The notes: generated from the letters alone by a model not told the origin. Counted from the first letter of the stretch, positions 49,311 through 63,313 are shown. The stretch: DNA of 64,000 nt from Welwitschia mirabilis (GCA_051453625.1 JBOZIK010000001.1:454143-518142); one strand, 5' to 3'. Translations and numbers: made by a program.

Positions 49311-52300
49311 GTGGCTTTATCCACTCATAGTCACCTATTCTATGGGGAAAAGATTTACATTAACTGTAAGTTTAATATTGTAGTGTTTTCATGGTTACAA
49401 AGTAATTAACAATATCTGCATACGAAGAAGTAAGATAAGTAGAAGATATATCAAAAAGTTGTTCATCCGGAAAAGAATCAATAATAATAAAATCATTAGG
49501 AGGAGAAAAAAGACGAGACAAAGTATCAGTAACATAATTATGCTTCCCTGTTTTATCTATGATGGTTAAATTAAACTCTTGTATAAGGAGAATCCATCTA
49601 ATTAATCTAGCACTAGAATATTTCTTAGTCATAAGATAACAAATAGTAGCATGATTGGTATAAACATTTGTATGAAACCTAAAAGATAATGTCTAAGTGA
49701 ATCAAGGCAAAAGATGATGGCTAACATTTCCTTCTCTATTGTAGTATAATGCATTTGAGTTCTAGACAGAGATTTGCTATGATAAGTATAACTTTAAAAT
49801 TATTTCTATATTTTTGACAAAGTACCCCACCCACAATAAAATTATTTACATCACATATTAATTCAAAGTCTTTTTCCCAATTGAATCCCATTATAATAGG
49901 AGCATAAGAAAGTTTACATTTAATCCTATCAAAGGTAAGCTGATAAGATTCATTCCATTCAAATTTAGCTTCTTTCTCTAGTAATGAGTGAAGGGGTTTA
50001 TAAAAATTTGCATAATCATGAATAAACTAATAGTAAAAACCACAATGATAAAGAAAAGATCTAACCTATTTCACATTTGTAGGGGGATTTGGACTTTGAA
50101 TAATACCAACTTTTTCAGAGTACATCCTAATCCCCGCTTTCAAAATATGATGACCTAAAACAATTCCAATTTTAACTAAAAATAAACGCTTTTCCTAACT
50201 CAAATATAGGCCATTAGAAATGCAATGGTCAAGGGATTTCTCTAATTATTCTAAGATTTATTCAAAAGTTTTAGCATAAATAGAGAAGTCATCCATAAAG
50301 ATTTCAATCAAATCTTCTAGCATATCAGAAAAATATCTATCATAGCACATTGAAAAGTACCAAGATCATTATAAAGTCCAAAAGGTATGCATCGAAAAGC
50401 GAAAGTACTAAAAGATAAAGTGAAAGGAGTTTTGGCTTAGTCCTCACTAGTAATACAAACTTAGTTGTAACCACTATATCCATCAAGAAAAAAAATGAAA
50501 TGCATGTCCCTGAATCCTATCAAGTATCTGATCAAGAAAAGCAAAGGACAATAATCTTTTTTGGTTACTTCATTTAGTCTTCTAAAGTCTATGAACATCC
50601 TCCATTTTCCATCTTTCCTAGGCACTACCGTTAAAGGGCTAACCCACTCACTATCAGCTATAGCATAAAGGATTCCAATATCCATCAATTTTATGATTTT
50701 ACTTTTAACAACTTGCTGAAGGGCTAGATTAAGTCTATGTTGGGGTTGCCTAATAGATTTTGCATTATCCTTAAGGTAGATTTTATGTTGGACAATTGAG
50801 GCAGGAATGGCTATTAAATCATTATGGGACCAAGTGAACGCATTTATCTTAGATTGCCAAAGAGAGATTAGACTTGATTCTTATTGAGGGAAAAGGTTTT
50901 TATTAATTATTGAAGATTTATTCAAATCATTATTTAGAAAAATCTATTTCAGTCCATTGGATAAGGGTTTTAGATTCATATTTAAGTTCAGATATTTATT
51001 TTTTATTAAATTTTCAAAAAATTCCACTGTCGTCTCAGACAGTCATCCGGACGTCAGTAGTGGATGATCACCCTCAAAATATGAAATCTCGGTTCTTCTC
51101 AAATCTTAAACTTTTGCATAGTTGACAGACTCAGTTTCTCCACTCTGGAGATTAAAATAATTAATTTCTAGATGATTAAAGTCAAGTTGATCTTTATCTA
51201 AAACGTACAAGTTTTCTACTTCCAGTTAATTATTAAACAAAGTTGTTCTTAAAGCATTGACCATATATCCTCAAGTGGATAATGCTATAAAAACAAAGTT
51301 GATTTTATTTCTTCTTCTAAACTCAAATCATTTTCTAAATCTTTTTCAGCTGCATCAAATATTCTTATTGAAAACTTCTTATTTCCTAAATGACACTCCA
51401 TTAAACTGGTTCTCTTATCTATAATACAATGGGCTATTGCACAAAAATCTCTACCTAGAAGTAAAGGATAGCCACTGTTATGTAAACTTCCATTACAACA
51501 ACATCAATGGGCTAGAAAGATTTTTTAATCTAAATGATCAAATCCTTAATCACACCTAAGAGTTTCATAATAGAAGTATCAACCAATTCTAAAACAAATT
51601 GTGTAAGCTCTATTCTATCTTTGAACCCAAGTCTTTGACAAATGTGCAAGGGCATAATGTTGACACTAGCTCCCATATCAATTAACACCTTCTTAATCGT
51701 TCTATTTCCTTCTAAAGCAATACTAACAGTTGTTGCCTCTAGATCTTTAATCTTTAGACATTTTTGTAAAACTAAGTTGTTAATGAATTGAGCTAGGAAG
51801 ACTTTACTAGGGATGGTTTATTTTTATTTCCTCCTAATCAGGTCTTTACATAACTTGGAATACTTAGGGTTATCTTGTAAAAGTTTTCAAAATGGTAAGT
51901 TGATGTTCACATTTTGCATTAAGGCTTTTAAATGATTATCAAAGATAGGATTTGTGTTTAATCTATAAAGATAAGGAATAGCAGGTTTCTTATGTAAAGA
52001 ATTTTTCTTTTTGTTATTTAATGGAGAAGGAAAAGAATGATTTTCTAAAATTTTTTTATGACCTCTTCTTCATCATTTTTGTTACTTTGTGATATGGAAG
52101 CCTCATGGATGGGAGGTGTTATCTCATTTCCATTTCTTGTCACCACCTTATAATTTTTCTTAACTTCATTTGGATTTGGTAAAGGTTGAGTGATAAGTGA
52201 CCCTTGTGATCTTTGGTTAGCAAGAATTTTTATTGCAAAATACTTACAAGATTTTCAATGTTAGAGTTTGTTCTTTTTTGTATTTTTCTTAACTCATCAA

Positions 52301-53700
52301 TAGAATTCTTAAGAGGATCACCTTGGTTTTATGAGTTGAATGGGCTTGCTTGATTATTTGAGTTGTTTGGTTGGAAGTTTATGTTTTTAAATCTCTTTTT
52401 AAATGGTTGGAAGTTAGGATGATTTGTTTAAAAATTTTTAAAATTGAGTTGTCCACACATCCTAAGTTAAAAATTATTGTGATTTTGGATTTGACTTTGG
52501 TTTTGGTTTTGGTTAAAGTTTAAAGACCTTTGGTTGAAGGCACACACTTCCTCTTAGATTCTTTCTTTGTAAGTTGGAGGTAAAGGATACTTCTTTATAG
52601 CATGATAGTTATCTTTGTATAAATCACAAGTACGAGTTACAACTATGCTCTTTTTGATTACCACCTTTGCATCTAAAATCATCTGAGCGTATTTTTCTAA
52701 AGTTGAGTTCATTTTTAGTTCTTATTTCTTCTTATTCTTGTCTAATCTCTTTAAGATCTTTAATGATTTAACCTATAGCTTGGTTTTTTCTAGATGAGAG
52801 TTTAGGCCAATTTTGACTCACTTCTACCAATTCTTCCAACACTTTCCAAGCATTTTCTAAGATAAGGTTCAACAAATTTCCTCCACACGAAAAATCAACT
52901 AGTTGCTTTGCTTAATTGTTGAGTCCACTATAAAAGTAATCTACCAATTCCTCTTGAGAAAAAAGCATCTACAAGGTTTAAATATAAAGAAAGGAAAAAT
53001 CTCTTATAAGTAGAGGTGTAGTCTTCATTAGGCGGTTGTTGGAAGTTAATTACTTCTTTCTTACATATTCTAATGGTGGTTTCACTCATGAATATTTTAA
53101 TGAAGGCTTCTTAAACTTGACTCCATGATTTTAAACTTTTATAAGGAATCATTCTTAATCAAAGTTTAGTGTTACCTTTTAAGGTGATGGGAAAGATGAC
53201 CATGTAAGTTCTATCACTTATTTTTTTTTATTGTTTTTTGAAGTCAGTACTAATTGTTCTATATTTACAATATATTGTAAATGATCTTTATCTAGTTCAT
53301 TACTAAAAATAGGATAAGCATCCAGGTTTCTAAGTTCAACATCATCACTGGGAGGTAAATCAAAGGGGATTTGAATTTTATGTTTCTTATTAGTGATCAT
53401 GTCTCTACGGGTGACATTGGCATTGGTTTTAACAAGTATGGTTGTAGGGGTTCTAATGAAAAGAGGTGGATTTGGTGAAGAGGGTTGCTTTTACTTTTGT
53501 GATAAGCTAAACATGTTTGGAAATTGTAAGACTATTGTTGACACAATATTTTGAAAAAATTCTCTTGCAAAATCAGATTCTGAAGAAATAAAAGTTGATA
53601 TTTTTAGAAGTTTTAAACTTTGTGTACCTTTGCTGTGCTTACCTGAGTTAGTTTCAAGGTCAATCAAACTTTCCTGAATATTTTTCTCCATGAATAGCCG
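49311..53700 (-). pseudogene. gag-pol segment C (gag-PR-RT-RH-INT start)
   Basis: ORFs 50461-50688 (RT) and 49372-49632 (RH end); PR at ~51650-51690; gag ~52600-53400. Confidence 0.88.
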
Positions 53701-54175
53701 GTCTCTTTGGTATTTCTCTTTCTTACCAGATTTTACTATACATGCTTAGTTTCTGATGCACAAAGTGTCATCCCTGTAGTCATCTGGATGATAGTCTGAA
53801 CAACAGAAATATAGAAAATACAAAAAATGGAAAATGTAAAAAACAAAAACACAAAATGGACAGACATAGAAAACACAAATAGCAAACTGTCATCCATCTA
53901 AGTCATCTGGATGATAGAGGGGATGATAGAAAAAATCTTAAAAAAAATTAATAGAAATAGAAAATTGAAAACTCATGACATAGAGGCCCTCATTGCTAGA
54001 CGTCATCTAGATGATGGTGCAGATGATAAAGCTTTTATTTCAAAATAGAAAAATTGACACTATGAAAAGAAAACCTATAGTACTGCAAATAAAAATACAA
54101 TGCTACTATAAGTAAGCACTCAAACCTGAATCCAAACACTTACTAGAGCAACGATAACTCTCAAACTCTAAGTAG

Positions 54176-54196
54176 CTCTCCCTAGTAATGGCACCA
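54176..54196 (-). promoter_or_regulatory. PBS, decayed TGGCGCCGTTGCCGGGGA (tRNA-Asp type, typical of Athila)
   Basis: Minus strand tggtgccattactagggagag, 3 nt from the 5' LTR. Confidence 0.8.
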
Positions 54197-54199
54197 AGA

Positions 54200-55301
54200 T
54201 GTTGCAGTGTGTATTTGTGCAAACGATTACATTCATGAAGATCCTATCATTCACAACTAAAAATAGATATCTGTACAACACAATATACTAATATAAACGA
54301 GAGTTGACCCAAATGTCGTAATCCGTCAAGGCCTATGCTAGAGTAAAAGAATTGATTTCAACTAAGAAACATTTTGTATTCTACCTACAGAAATAAATTG
54401 TGATGTAGGAAAAGGACAATGTAACACACTTATTTAAAGTTAATCTAGGAAAGAAAATAACAATGCACCTAAACTAATAATGCTCAACCTTAATAAAGGT
54501 TGCCCCCAAAACCTATATTACTCAAGAAACTGTCACCAAATCAAGAGTAATATAAACTACGAGGATTAAGAACAAACAAACATAGGAAATGGAAAAGAAA
54601 TCTTTATATTGCTTGAACCACATCTGTGTTACAAAGTAACCATACCTTAATGGAGGAAGCTTCATCCAACACTAAAGAAGATGTCTCTCTATAACTACAA
54701 TGATGTATCTCTGGCTCTTCAATCTTTTATCATGATAATTTCTAGTGCAAATGAAGAAAGATGGAGTCGAAGGTAGAATCGATACTTATTGACACAAATC
54801 AGTTAATAAGAAGAGAGATAAACAGGTGTGGGTACAATCCTAATGGCTGAGCCAAAAGAACATACAAATAAGTAGTAGAACTTAGGTGAATTTTTAGTGA
54901 GACATTACAACAGGTGTTGTCCAACTAGTCATTTGGATGATATAGGAGACGATGCCACCTCATAAATGATCCACATCATCTGCCAGATTGATCACAGTCA
55001 GCATCCTCACTGGCATCAACTGTTCTATCATCTATACTGTCATTCAGACTATGAGGTGAAAAATGAGCTTCTATAAGTGTTTATCTAATGCATTCAGCCT
55101 CAATATTTGTAGAAAATCTATCTCAGAAATGGGAAGTATTAAGATCTGCTCAAAATACTACAAAACGTTATGGAGATTGTGTGTTTTTGTCTCTTTCATC
55201 TCAGCTTTTCATTATCATGGAAATCAAGCATATACCTATCTAATATCCTACAAAACTACTCAAAATACCTTATCAAATATACATAAGTTAGTAGCACAAT
55301 A
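54200..55301 (-). repeat. 5' LTR of the Athila-like element
   Basis: Starts tgttgcagtg on +; colinear with 37891-38993. Confidence 0.9.
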
Positions 55302-55600
55302 GTTATCTTCAATTCCTATTAATGTACTTTTCTCTAGCCTTGTAAAGAAGTTGACAAGCATAATGAAAAGTGAAAAAGTACTAATTCTTAGAAACATATT
55401 GATTCGAAAAGTTTTAAGATTTTTTGTGTAGATTCCAAATGAAAGTGGTTTGTTTAAAAAGAATTCATAAGTAAAATCTCTTACTTAGTTTAATAAGCTG
55501 ATTAAGGTATTACATGTTAATAAAAAATGATTTCTCTAAGAATTCTCTTTATCATTTTCACATAAATAACTTTAATGAATTATTTTTCTAAGATTTTCTA
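55302..55600 (+). mobile_element. LINE RT continuation after the Athila insertion
   Basis: VISSIPINVLFS continues ..LIQS, matching the LINE motif LI.SVL.SIP.Y. Confidence 0.6.
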
Positions 55601-55766
55601 TTATCATAGTTAACTCTAAACCTAAAAATTAGTATCAAAGCACCATCTCCAAATCCCTACCTTACCTTAACCTCTCAAGATCCTTTGGGTTGCATCTCTA
55701 TGCATTATTCTCCTCAATTCCTTAACCTTCGGCTTACAGATTTGGGTATCAATGTCAATAGCCTGT

Positions 55767-57225
55767 GTTTACAAGATTTTTTGTTTCCCATAAATCATGG
55801 ATTAGTTTAGATGTCAGGCGATGATTAGTGGTTTGAATGGTTTGATGACGACTTGATTGATTTTAAGCTAACTTTGATGATTTGATTGAGCTTAACGAGG
55901 GTCAACCAAGTTTGACTAGGCTTGAAATTTTTAATTAACCTGGTTTGAGTTTAATTATTTTATTTTGATTGAAGTAGATTGAGTTTAACTCAATTTGATT
56001 AGATTGACTATGATTGAATGACTTCGTTTTAATAGAGTTTAGGAACTTAGCCATGACATTATGACGTTGTTGACTAGATTTAACTGGTTAACAAAATTTA
56101 ACTATTTTGTTCTTATTAAATTTGACTGTTTGGACAAGTTAGTGTTAACTATGTTTGACAGTTTAATTTAACTAGGTTTGACACACTCGTTTTAGCGCCA
56201 AACTGTTTAAGGGGATTTTCTTAAATCAAGACCTCTTTGATGTTATTTTGATGATTGAATTTTTGATGATGTTATGAGATTAACAGTTGAATGAATTTTC
56301 ATAATGTAAATTCACTTTTATTTTTTGTTTTTAATTTTTTCTTTACTTTATTGGATGATGGCAAAGAGATTTTCACAAAGAAATTTGAGCAAACTAGATA
56401 TTCTTTAATTATTTCTAGAGACCATATGTTTAACTATGTTAAACTACTCCTTTAATCTTTGAACCTATTAAAAAAAAAAAAAAAGAAGAAATGAAGTGGT
56501 ATGGATATTCTTGTGTAGCAAAATAAATAATCTGATTCAAATCACAGAAGAAGGAAAATTTGGGTAATCTATCATTCTATTGATATTGTAAAAGCATTTC
56601 TAAAGTAGATAAAAATAATAGAGTTTGAAAGAGAGTTGAAACTATAAGATAGAGCGTGGTTTTTCTTTTTTTAATATTTAAAAATTTAAATTTAAAAAAA
56701 CCAAAAAATAAAAATAAATTTGAAAATTAATTTAACTTTCAATATCTTAACATCGTCAAAAATACAATCATCAAAATAGCATCAAAGAGGTCTCAATTTA
56801 TGAAAAACCCCTTAAACAGTTTGGTACTAAAAGAAGGATGTCAAATGTAGTTAAGTTAAACTATCAAATGTAGTTAATACCAACTTGTCCAAACAGTGAA
56901 ATTCAGTCAGAAAAAAATAGTAAAATTTCATCAACTACTCAAATCTAGTTAACAACATCACAACGTCAGGGTCAAGTTCCTAAACCCTGTCAAAATAAAG
57001 TCAGTCAATCATAATCAATCTAGTCAAACTCAATCTAGTTTAGTCAAAAAAAATAGTTAAACTTAATCAAGGTCAGTCAAAAATAGTCAAGCCCAGTCAA
57101 ACTTGATTAAATCATTAAATTTAGCTTAAACCTAATCGTATCATTATTAAATCACCAAAATCACCTATCATCGTGTGACATCTGAACTAATCCATCATTT
57201 ACAGAAAATAAAAAATCTCATAAAC
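55767..57225. mobile_element. Foldback/MULE-like non-autonomous DNA element with ~550-bp inverted arms
   Basis: 55767-~56345 is the reverse complement of ~56690-57225 (e.g. atggattagtttagatgtca / tgacatctgaactaatccat; caaactgtttaagggg / ccccttaaacagtttg). Confidence 0.85.
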
Positions 57226-57299
57226 AACCTGCAATCACCAATTCCTAGACTTAGAATATCTTCCTCATCACCATGCTTAGACTGGATCTAATGTCTATT

Positions 57300-58300
57300 C
57301 GTAAAGAATTTTCTTTCTACGTATTAGTCAAAGCTATTGCAGTTAATCTTCCACCTACACTCTGTACTTATTTCTTATTCCTTGGCCTTGCACTATGGTT
57401 GCCCTCTTTTGGCATTCTCTTTTGCAATTTTCAGAGAGATTAACACATTGTGGCATCTAATAGTATTTCTTCTCCCACTGAATCAAAAATCCACAATACT
57501 ATAAATAAGATATTACAAAGCCATTGAGTACTATCATGTGCAATCTAAATTCTTCTTTATCATCCTGACTTTAACAAATCCACTTGCAATTAGAACCTTA
57601 TCATCAACCATTTAGGGATTTGAATAGTGATCTTTTCTTTCCTAGGCCAAATCTTGTAGATCTCTTTTCATATCTATAAATTCTTTAATGACTTTAGGAT
57701 TGGATATCATGAAGAAACAGGTTCAAAAAAGATTAAGAACATTCAAAATGTGTTCTTTGCCATTATGTAGGTGCTCCATTCTTACAATATTAGAAAAACA
57801 AGATGCCATCTACATTCTCATAGTATATCAATGTTCCTGTGTCTTTGTGGTTATAAGTTCATTCTCAAAAAGTCTTTATAGAAAAATGTCTTTAAAAAAA
57901 TTAATGATAACTATTGGTTTCTTTTCTATAAAACCTTTCCATTTTCACTTATTATGATCAAGGAACTGAGATAACAAAGTTTTGAACAACCATCATTGTA
58001 AAATGAATGGTTCAAAATAGAATAAGGTACCCATTATGTTATCCTTGATGAAGGTTTTTATGATCCTAAATAAAGTACAATTTGTGTTTGATAATATTAT
58101 AAAAAGGGTGGTACAAGACCCTTTCATTGCCTTTGTCATGCAAATTGTTAAGTTTCCAAGATTTTAAATTATGAAAGTTATGCTAAGCAATTTGTTTTAA
58201 GATTTTTTTTAAAGTTGTATCCAAAGATTTCTTTAGATATTATTCCATATTATCTCAATATTTTTGATCCAGTGTTGAAAGCTCTTGATTTGTCCTAAGC
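57300..58300 (-). mobile_element. Possible very decayed LINE RT fragment
   Basis: Weak motifs only (FIKDNIM ~58045; DKSRAF ~58285). Confidence 0.3.
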
Positions 58301-58461
58301 GGTTCTAAGGTGGATTTGTCCCTAAGGTAAGTCCCTTAATTAGTCTAGTAATGGTTGTGTTGTTGCATTTTAAGGATCATCAAAACTTTTTACCCCAGCT
58401 TCGGAATAGATTCGTAGATAGAAAATAGGCTTTATTAGTGAGTCTTTGTTCATGCATCATG

Positions 58462-58963
58462 TGTAATATCCCAAAATCTTATCTATTAACTGCCATTATT
58501 TTTTAAACTAATTATAATTTTTTAGAACTATAATGGATAATGTAATAACCCTTTAAGAAATATGACCCTTACGAAAGGTTCATGTTAAAGAGTCACATTG
58601 TTTCATCAATATTAAATGAGGTGTTTGGGAAAGTGAAGGAAATACATGTGGTTTGCATAGGGGCATACTAAGTCTTTGATAAGCTAATCTAACCTCCCAA
58701 TAGTTTCATGTATTAGACCTTGAAGGAATTATGACCTAGTCAGGTCACTGTACCAAAACCTTGCATTTGACATTGATCAAGTTACAAGTCTCATTTGAAA
58801 TCCCTTATGAAATAAAGGTGAGTTACCTATTTCTTTGCCCATTACACTTTTGCTTATTTTAATAATAATGTTATCATTTATCTATTTTTTCCATTTTATA
58901 ATCAAATCTTTGTGATCTTAATTCTATAAATAAAATGGAAAAATCACAATTGGTATCGGAGCC
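58462..58963 (+). mobile_element. LTR (tgtaatatccc...tcaca) followed by Met-type PBS TGGTATCGGAGCC; no gag-pol recognised downstream
   Basis: TG..CA at 58462-58948; PBS at 58951-58963. Confidence 0.6.
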
Positions 58964-61900
58964 AAATGATCCTTAATAGATTTTTTTCCCTATAGAACAA
59001 ATCCATATTTCATTACTAGTAAAGAAAAGCAAGAATTTCATGAAACAAATCACATAGTAAAGTTCTTACAAGTAGAAAAATAAAGATAGTTGAAAATAAA
59101 AAACAAGAAGGGTCACTAAAAAACATCAAAGGTGTAGTAAACAAAGGATCACTTCATAAGGGCCATCCTCATTGTGAACTCGAGAGTAGGAAGTCCTAAG
59201 TAAAGGATCAAGCAGGTTAGAGAGTATTTCTCCCTCATTATCATTTAGCAACAGGTAATTCAAGGTCACATACTTATTATAATAATGATTCAAAAAACGA
59301 ATAATACATTCTAGTGAATTTGCTAAATGTTTCTTGCAAACCTTCCAATTATGATAGAGTGCACAAAGGTCTTCTTTTATCACAAGAAGACACTCCAAAT
59401 AGAAATTAAGCACTCCCTTCAAGTGAGTAATGTGTGCATCCTTTTGAGCCAAGGTAGTAAGTTCATCCTCTAGCTAAGCCTGTTTGTTATGAGGTGACTG
59501 GTTCTTAAGATGCACTAAATCTAATTTAGCTTATAATAATCATCATAAAATGAACTATAAAATGTAACAAAAAAAAAGAATAAAATAAGAAAAAAAGAAA
59601 ATGAAAAGAAAGATAAATTTACACACCCATATACCCCCAACATTTGAAGGTGAACTTCATAGGATTCAAGTTATCAAAATTTGTATTGAACCATGCAATG
59701 CACTACTTCAAGTTCATTACCAATGGGCTTGAAGTTTCTCTATATAGGATTCTGAGAAGGATCCATAGGGTGATAAGAAGAAAAATTTCTAACATGAGTA
59801 AGCTAAAATTCTTATTCAAAATTGTAGGCAAGATGATTATAGTAGATAAAAGCATCCTCTTAATGCAAATTTTGAATGTCTTATTACACAACTAAAAATT
59901 TCAACTACTTAGCTTTATTGAACCTTGTAAGTAGAGCCTAGATTTTTATGATCAAATCTACAAATATAGTTAGAAGGGTCCTATTTATGCTTGAAGAAGA
60001 AAAATTGAAGACCAGTGCTTATGATGCAAAAAGAGAGTGCACCATAGCAAATAATACTAAGGGTGAGACTCCAACATGCATATTGAAACCCTTTAGATCT
60101 ATGGAAGGAATGGATGAAAACTCAACAACCTACATAAATGGATCAACATCAATCAACCCATTAGGGTGATCCTCTTCGAACTCAAATAATGAAGGAATTG
60201 CTAACCTTGACAAAGAAGGCAAGTTGGATGTCTACTTACTTTACTCTAGAATGAGTACTTTTGTATTTATTCACACTTCATTTCTCCTTCTCATGAGTAG
60301 CAATAGGATAAGGAAGCATTAAATCATCTTGCAAAAATTCAATGTTGAATATTACCTACTCATTCAGATATAGCATTAAAAGGAAAAGAAAATTTAAAAA
60401 AAATTATTCACCTTGAGTTGACATTTAGATCTTTATGGAATAACTAGATGACAACATTCCTCTTCCTTTTCTTCATCTTAAAAAGTTGTAATACGCGCTA
60501 TAGGTCATAAAGGAAGAGCCTTTCCCTTCCCTTTTAAGCACACAGTTATGGATGAAGAATCCTCATGAGCATCCATGTGCATTTTAACAAAACATGGTGA
60601 ATAAGCAATAGCAGCAATATCACAAACATTAAGAGATCAGTTTCTGATCAAAGTAAAGATCATTAGTTGAAGAATAAGTAGGGCCACTTTCCTCATTAAA
60701 AGAAAGATGGCATTTATAAGGATCAATCCTAGGTAAAGATTTTGAAGGTACAATGATGCAAGAAGAAAGATTGACTTTCTTAATAGTCATGAAATGATGA
60801 CCTCCATAAAAAGCAAAACATAAAGGGGGAAAAACTTTAATAAGTTATAAATATAGAATTAGAGTTTTTTTTCACCATAGATAGTTAAGAGATAACTTCT
60901 AAATAGATGTTGTGTGATACCCTCTATTCTCTTACCCTAATTAAGCACTATTTTTTTGTTTTTTTCCTCTTTCTTCCTTCTTTAATATTATTTCCTAATA
61001 GACATGAAAGAATTAGAATCAAATTTTACTTATTCCTTTATTAGAGTTTTCATATTCTAAGAAAATAAATCATACTAATATTATATATTTACCTATAATT
61101 AATTTCTAGATTGTTTTGATTTACAAATAATAACAATGTTACAAGTTTGTGTCCTCGTTTTCTTCCTACTTTTTGTCACATAAAAAGATATCTTATAGAT
61201 AGTTGAGGAGATATAAAATTGTTATAAACATACATGAATAAGTTTAAGAATGATACCTAACCAATATAATAGAAGGTTGTAACTTCAATTAATAGCATTT
61301 CAACATGATATCTAGCCATCCTCTAGACATGAGTTGGTTCTATGTCAGATTCTAAAATATACAAACATGGCTGGGTTCAACTCCATAGGCTTATACTTCA
61401 CCTTAATATACACTCAATATAGGTAACAGAAAATGCATGAGATGGATGCATGCTTACAAATAACCCCCATTTCCTTAAAACATCTCCAAATGATGTAACA
61501 TGATCTATCAATGCCAAGGGCTTGAGATATTAAATCAGAGTAAGTTCTTACATGGGTAGGATAGGAGAGTAATGATCAAATCCACTTTTAAGAGAGTATT
61601 ATTCAAAAAATGCAATGCAGCCCACCTTGATAATGAAATCCAAGTATGAGGATGAACATTATTAAGATTATCTTAATTTAGTCCTATAGTAAATATACCA
61701 TACAAATGCATACATATAATTCTAACTAATGTGGATATTTAATAGATTATTTAATTAGTTATAATAGTTCTAATCATTATTAGGTTCATTTTATAGAAAT
61801 AATCATAACAAAGGAAACAATCATATTAGAACATCTCTATATTCAAAATTTCAATAATGAAAATCTAAATAAAGAAAATACTCTTTTATTTTCTATCTAA

Positions 61901-63313
61901 ATAAAGAAAATATTTTTTTCTTTTAGTAATAATAAAAATAATTCAAAACGTATCAAATCACATCTTAATAATATACTTAAATAAACTAAATGATACTTCG
62001 AGCTATGCTAATCTTAAAAACTTTCTTCTATGCTCATATGACAATATCCATGGATTGGTGTAATGAAGGTAAATAGAAAAAAGTATAGCTCAAGCATAAT
62101 TATCAAGATATATTTTTTTTAATCCAAGATTCATATGACTATATTATAAGTCAATAAAATAAGTGATAAGCTAAAAGCTATTTATGTCACTTAAACTACT
62201 ATGCTAAAAACTCTTACAAGCATATACACTTAAAGTAAGATAAAGAAAAGGGTAAAAGAGGTATTTCCATAAATAAAATATTATTTCTGATAGAAACATA
62301 TCTTAAATACTCAAATTTCCTATAAAATTTTATCTAAGAATTTTTTTATAATTTAAAACATTAATCATAACATTTTTGGGCTCTAAAGGGACATCAAGTC
62401 AAAAATTAATAATTTATTAATTATGAAGCAAAAATAAGTTATAGTAGTTTTCATAAGCTAAACACATAATGAAATCCTTAGAATTTATTGAAAAATCTAG
62501 TTTTAATGATTCCACTTGATAAACATTTTGTGTCATTATGTAGATAGGTCATTACAAAAACATCAGACCTTAATAGGCACTTGATCATGATGGATCTTCA
62601 AATACAACATCTTATGGAAAGGATCAAATGCTAAGCTATAAAATCAATTATTTAAAGATGGCTAAGAAAGTAAAGACATCTTGAGTGAATACGTCTAGAA
62701 AGTTAGAGATGTGTCATATGTACTGAAGTTCAAATAATAGGCTAAAAGGTGACTTCTATATTTAAGATGACTAAACTAAAAGTTTAACTTAACATAGATG
62801 AAGACGTCTACATAATTAAAGATGTCTATACTAAGCTGAAACAAGTAATAGAGTGAATTTGGTTTTTGACCAATATCTTACATTTTAGGTGAGCTATGAA
62901 TTTGTACATCGCAAATTCATGATCATGGAGGCTAAAGATACTACAGACAAAATTCATTAAAACCTAGGCAAGTTAACTGAAGACATCTATAAAGTGAAGA
63001 TGTCTGAATATGATTAAATGTCTACAAAAGTAAAGATTTATTGAACCAAAGTTCATATTAATTAAAACTAAAGTTATACACCCAAAGCATAGATATTGAC
63101 TATTCATTACATGATGGTAACAAAATCAAACAACTATCTTTCAAGCTTAAATAATGAGATCTTCTTCAACCTTATAAAGCCTTGATGTCATAAATCCAAA
63201 GAGAGCTTTTAGAACTTTATTGAATCAAATAAATATACAAATCTTAAAACTCCTAAGTGAAGGGAACCTCTCACAAAGAAATTAAAGGATTCATTAGTGA
63301 GGAGCTAACATTA

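Larger units (their letters stand above)
37891..55301 (-). mobile_element. Athila-like Ty3/gypsy element (17.4 kb) with both LTRs and TSD
   Basis: Direct repeats 37891-38993 and 54200-55301; TSD GTTAT (37886-37890, 55302-55306); Asp-type PBS; PPT; PR LIDMGASVNIMP; RT SEWVSPLTVVPRKDGKWRMFIDFRRLN and IFMDDFS; RH ARLIRWILLIQEFNLTIIDKTG; env-like ORF. Confidence 0.92.
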
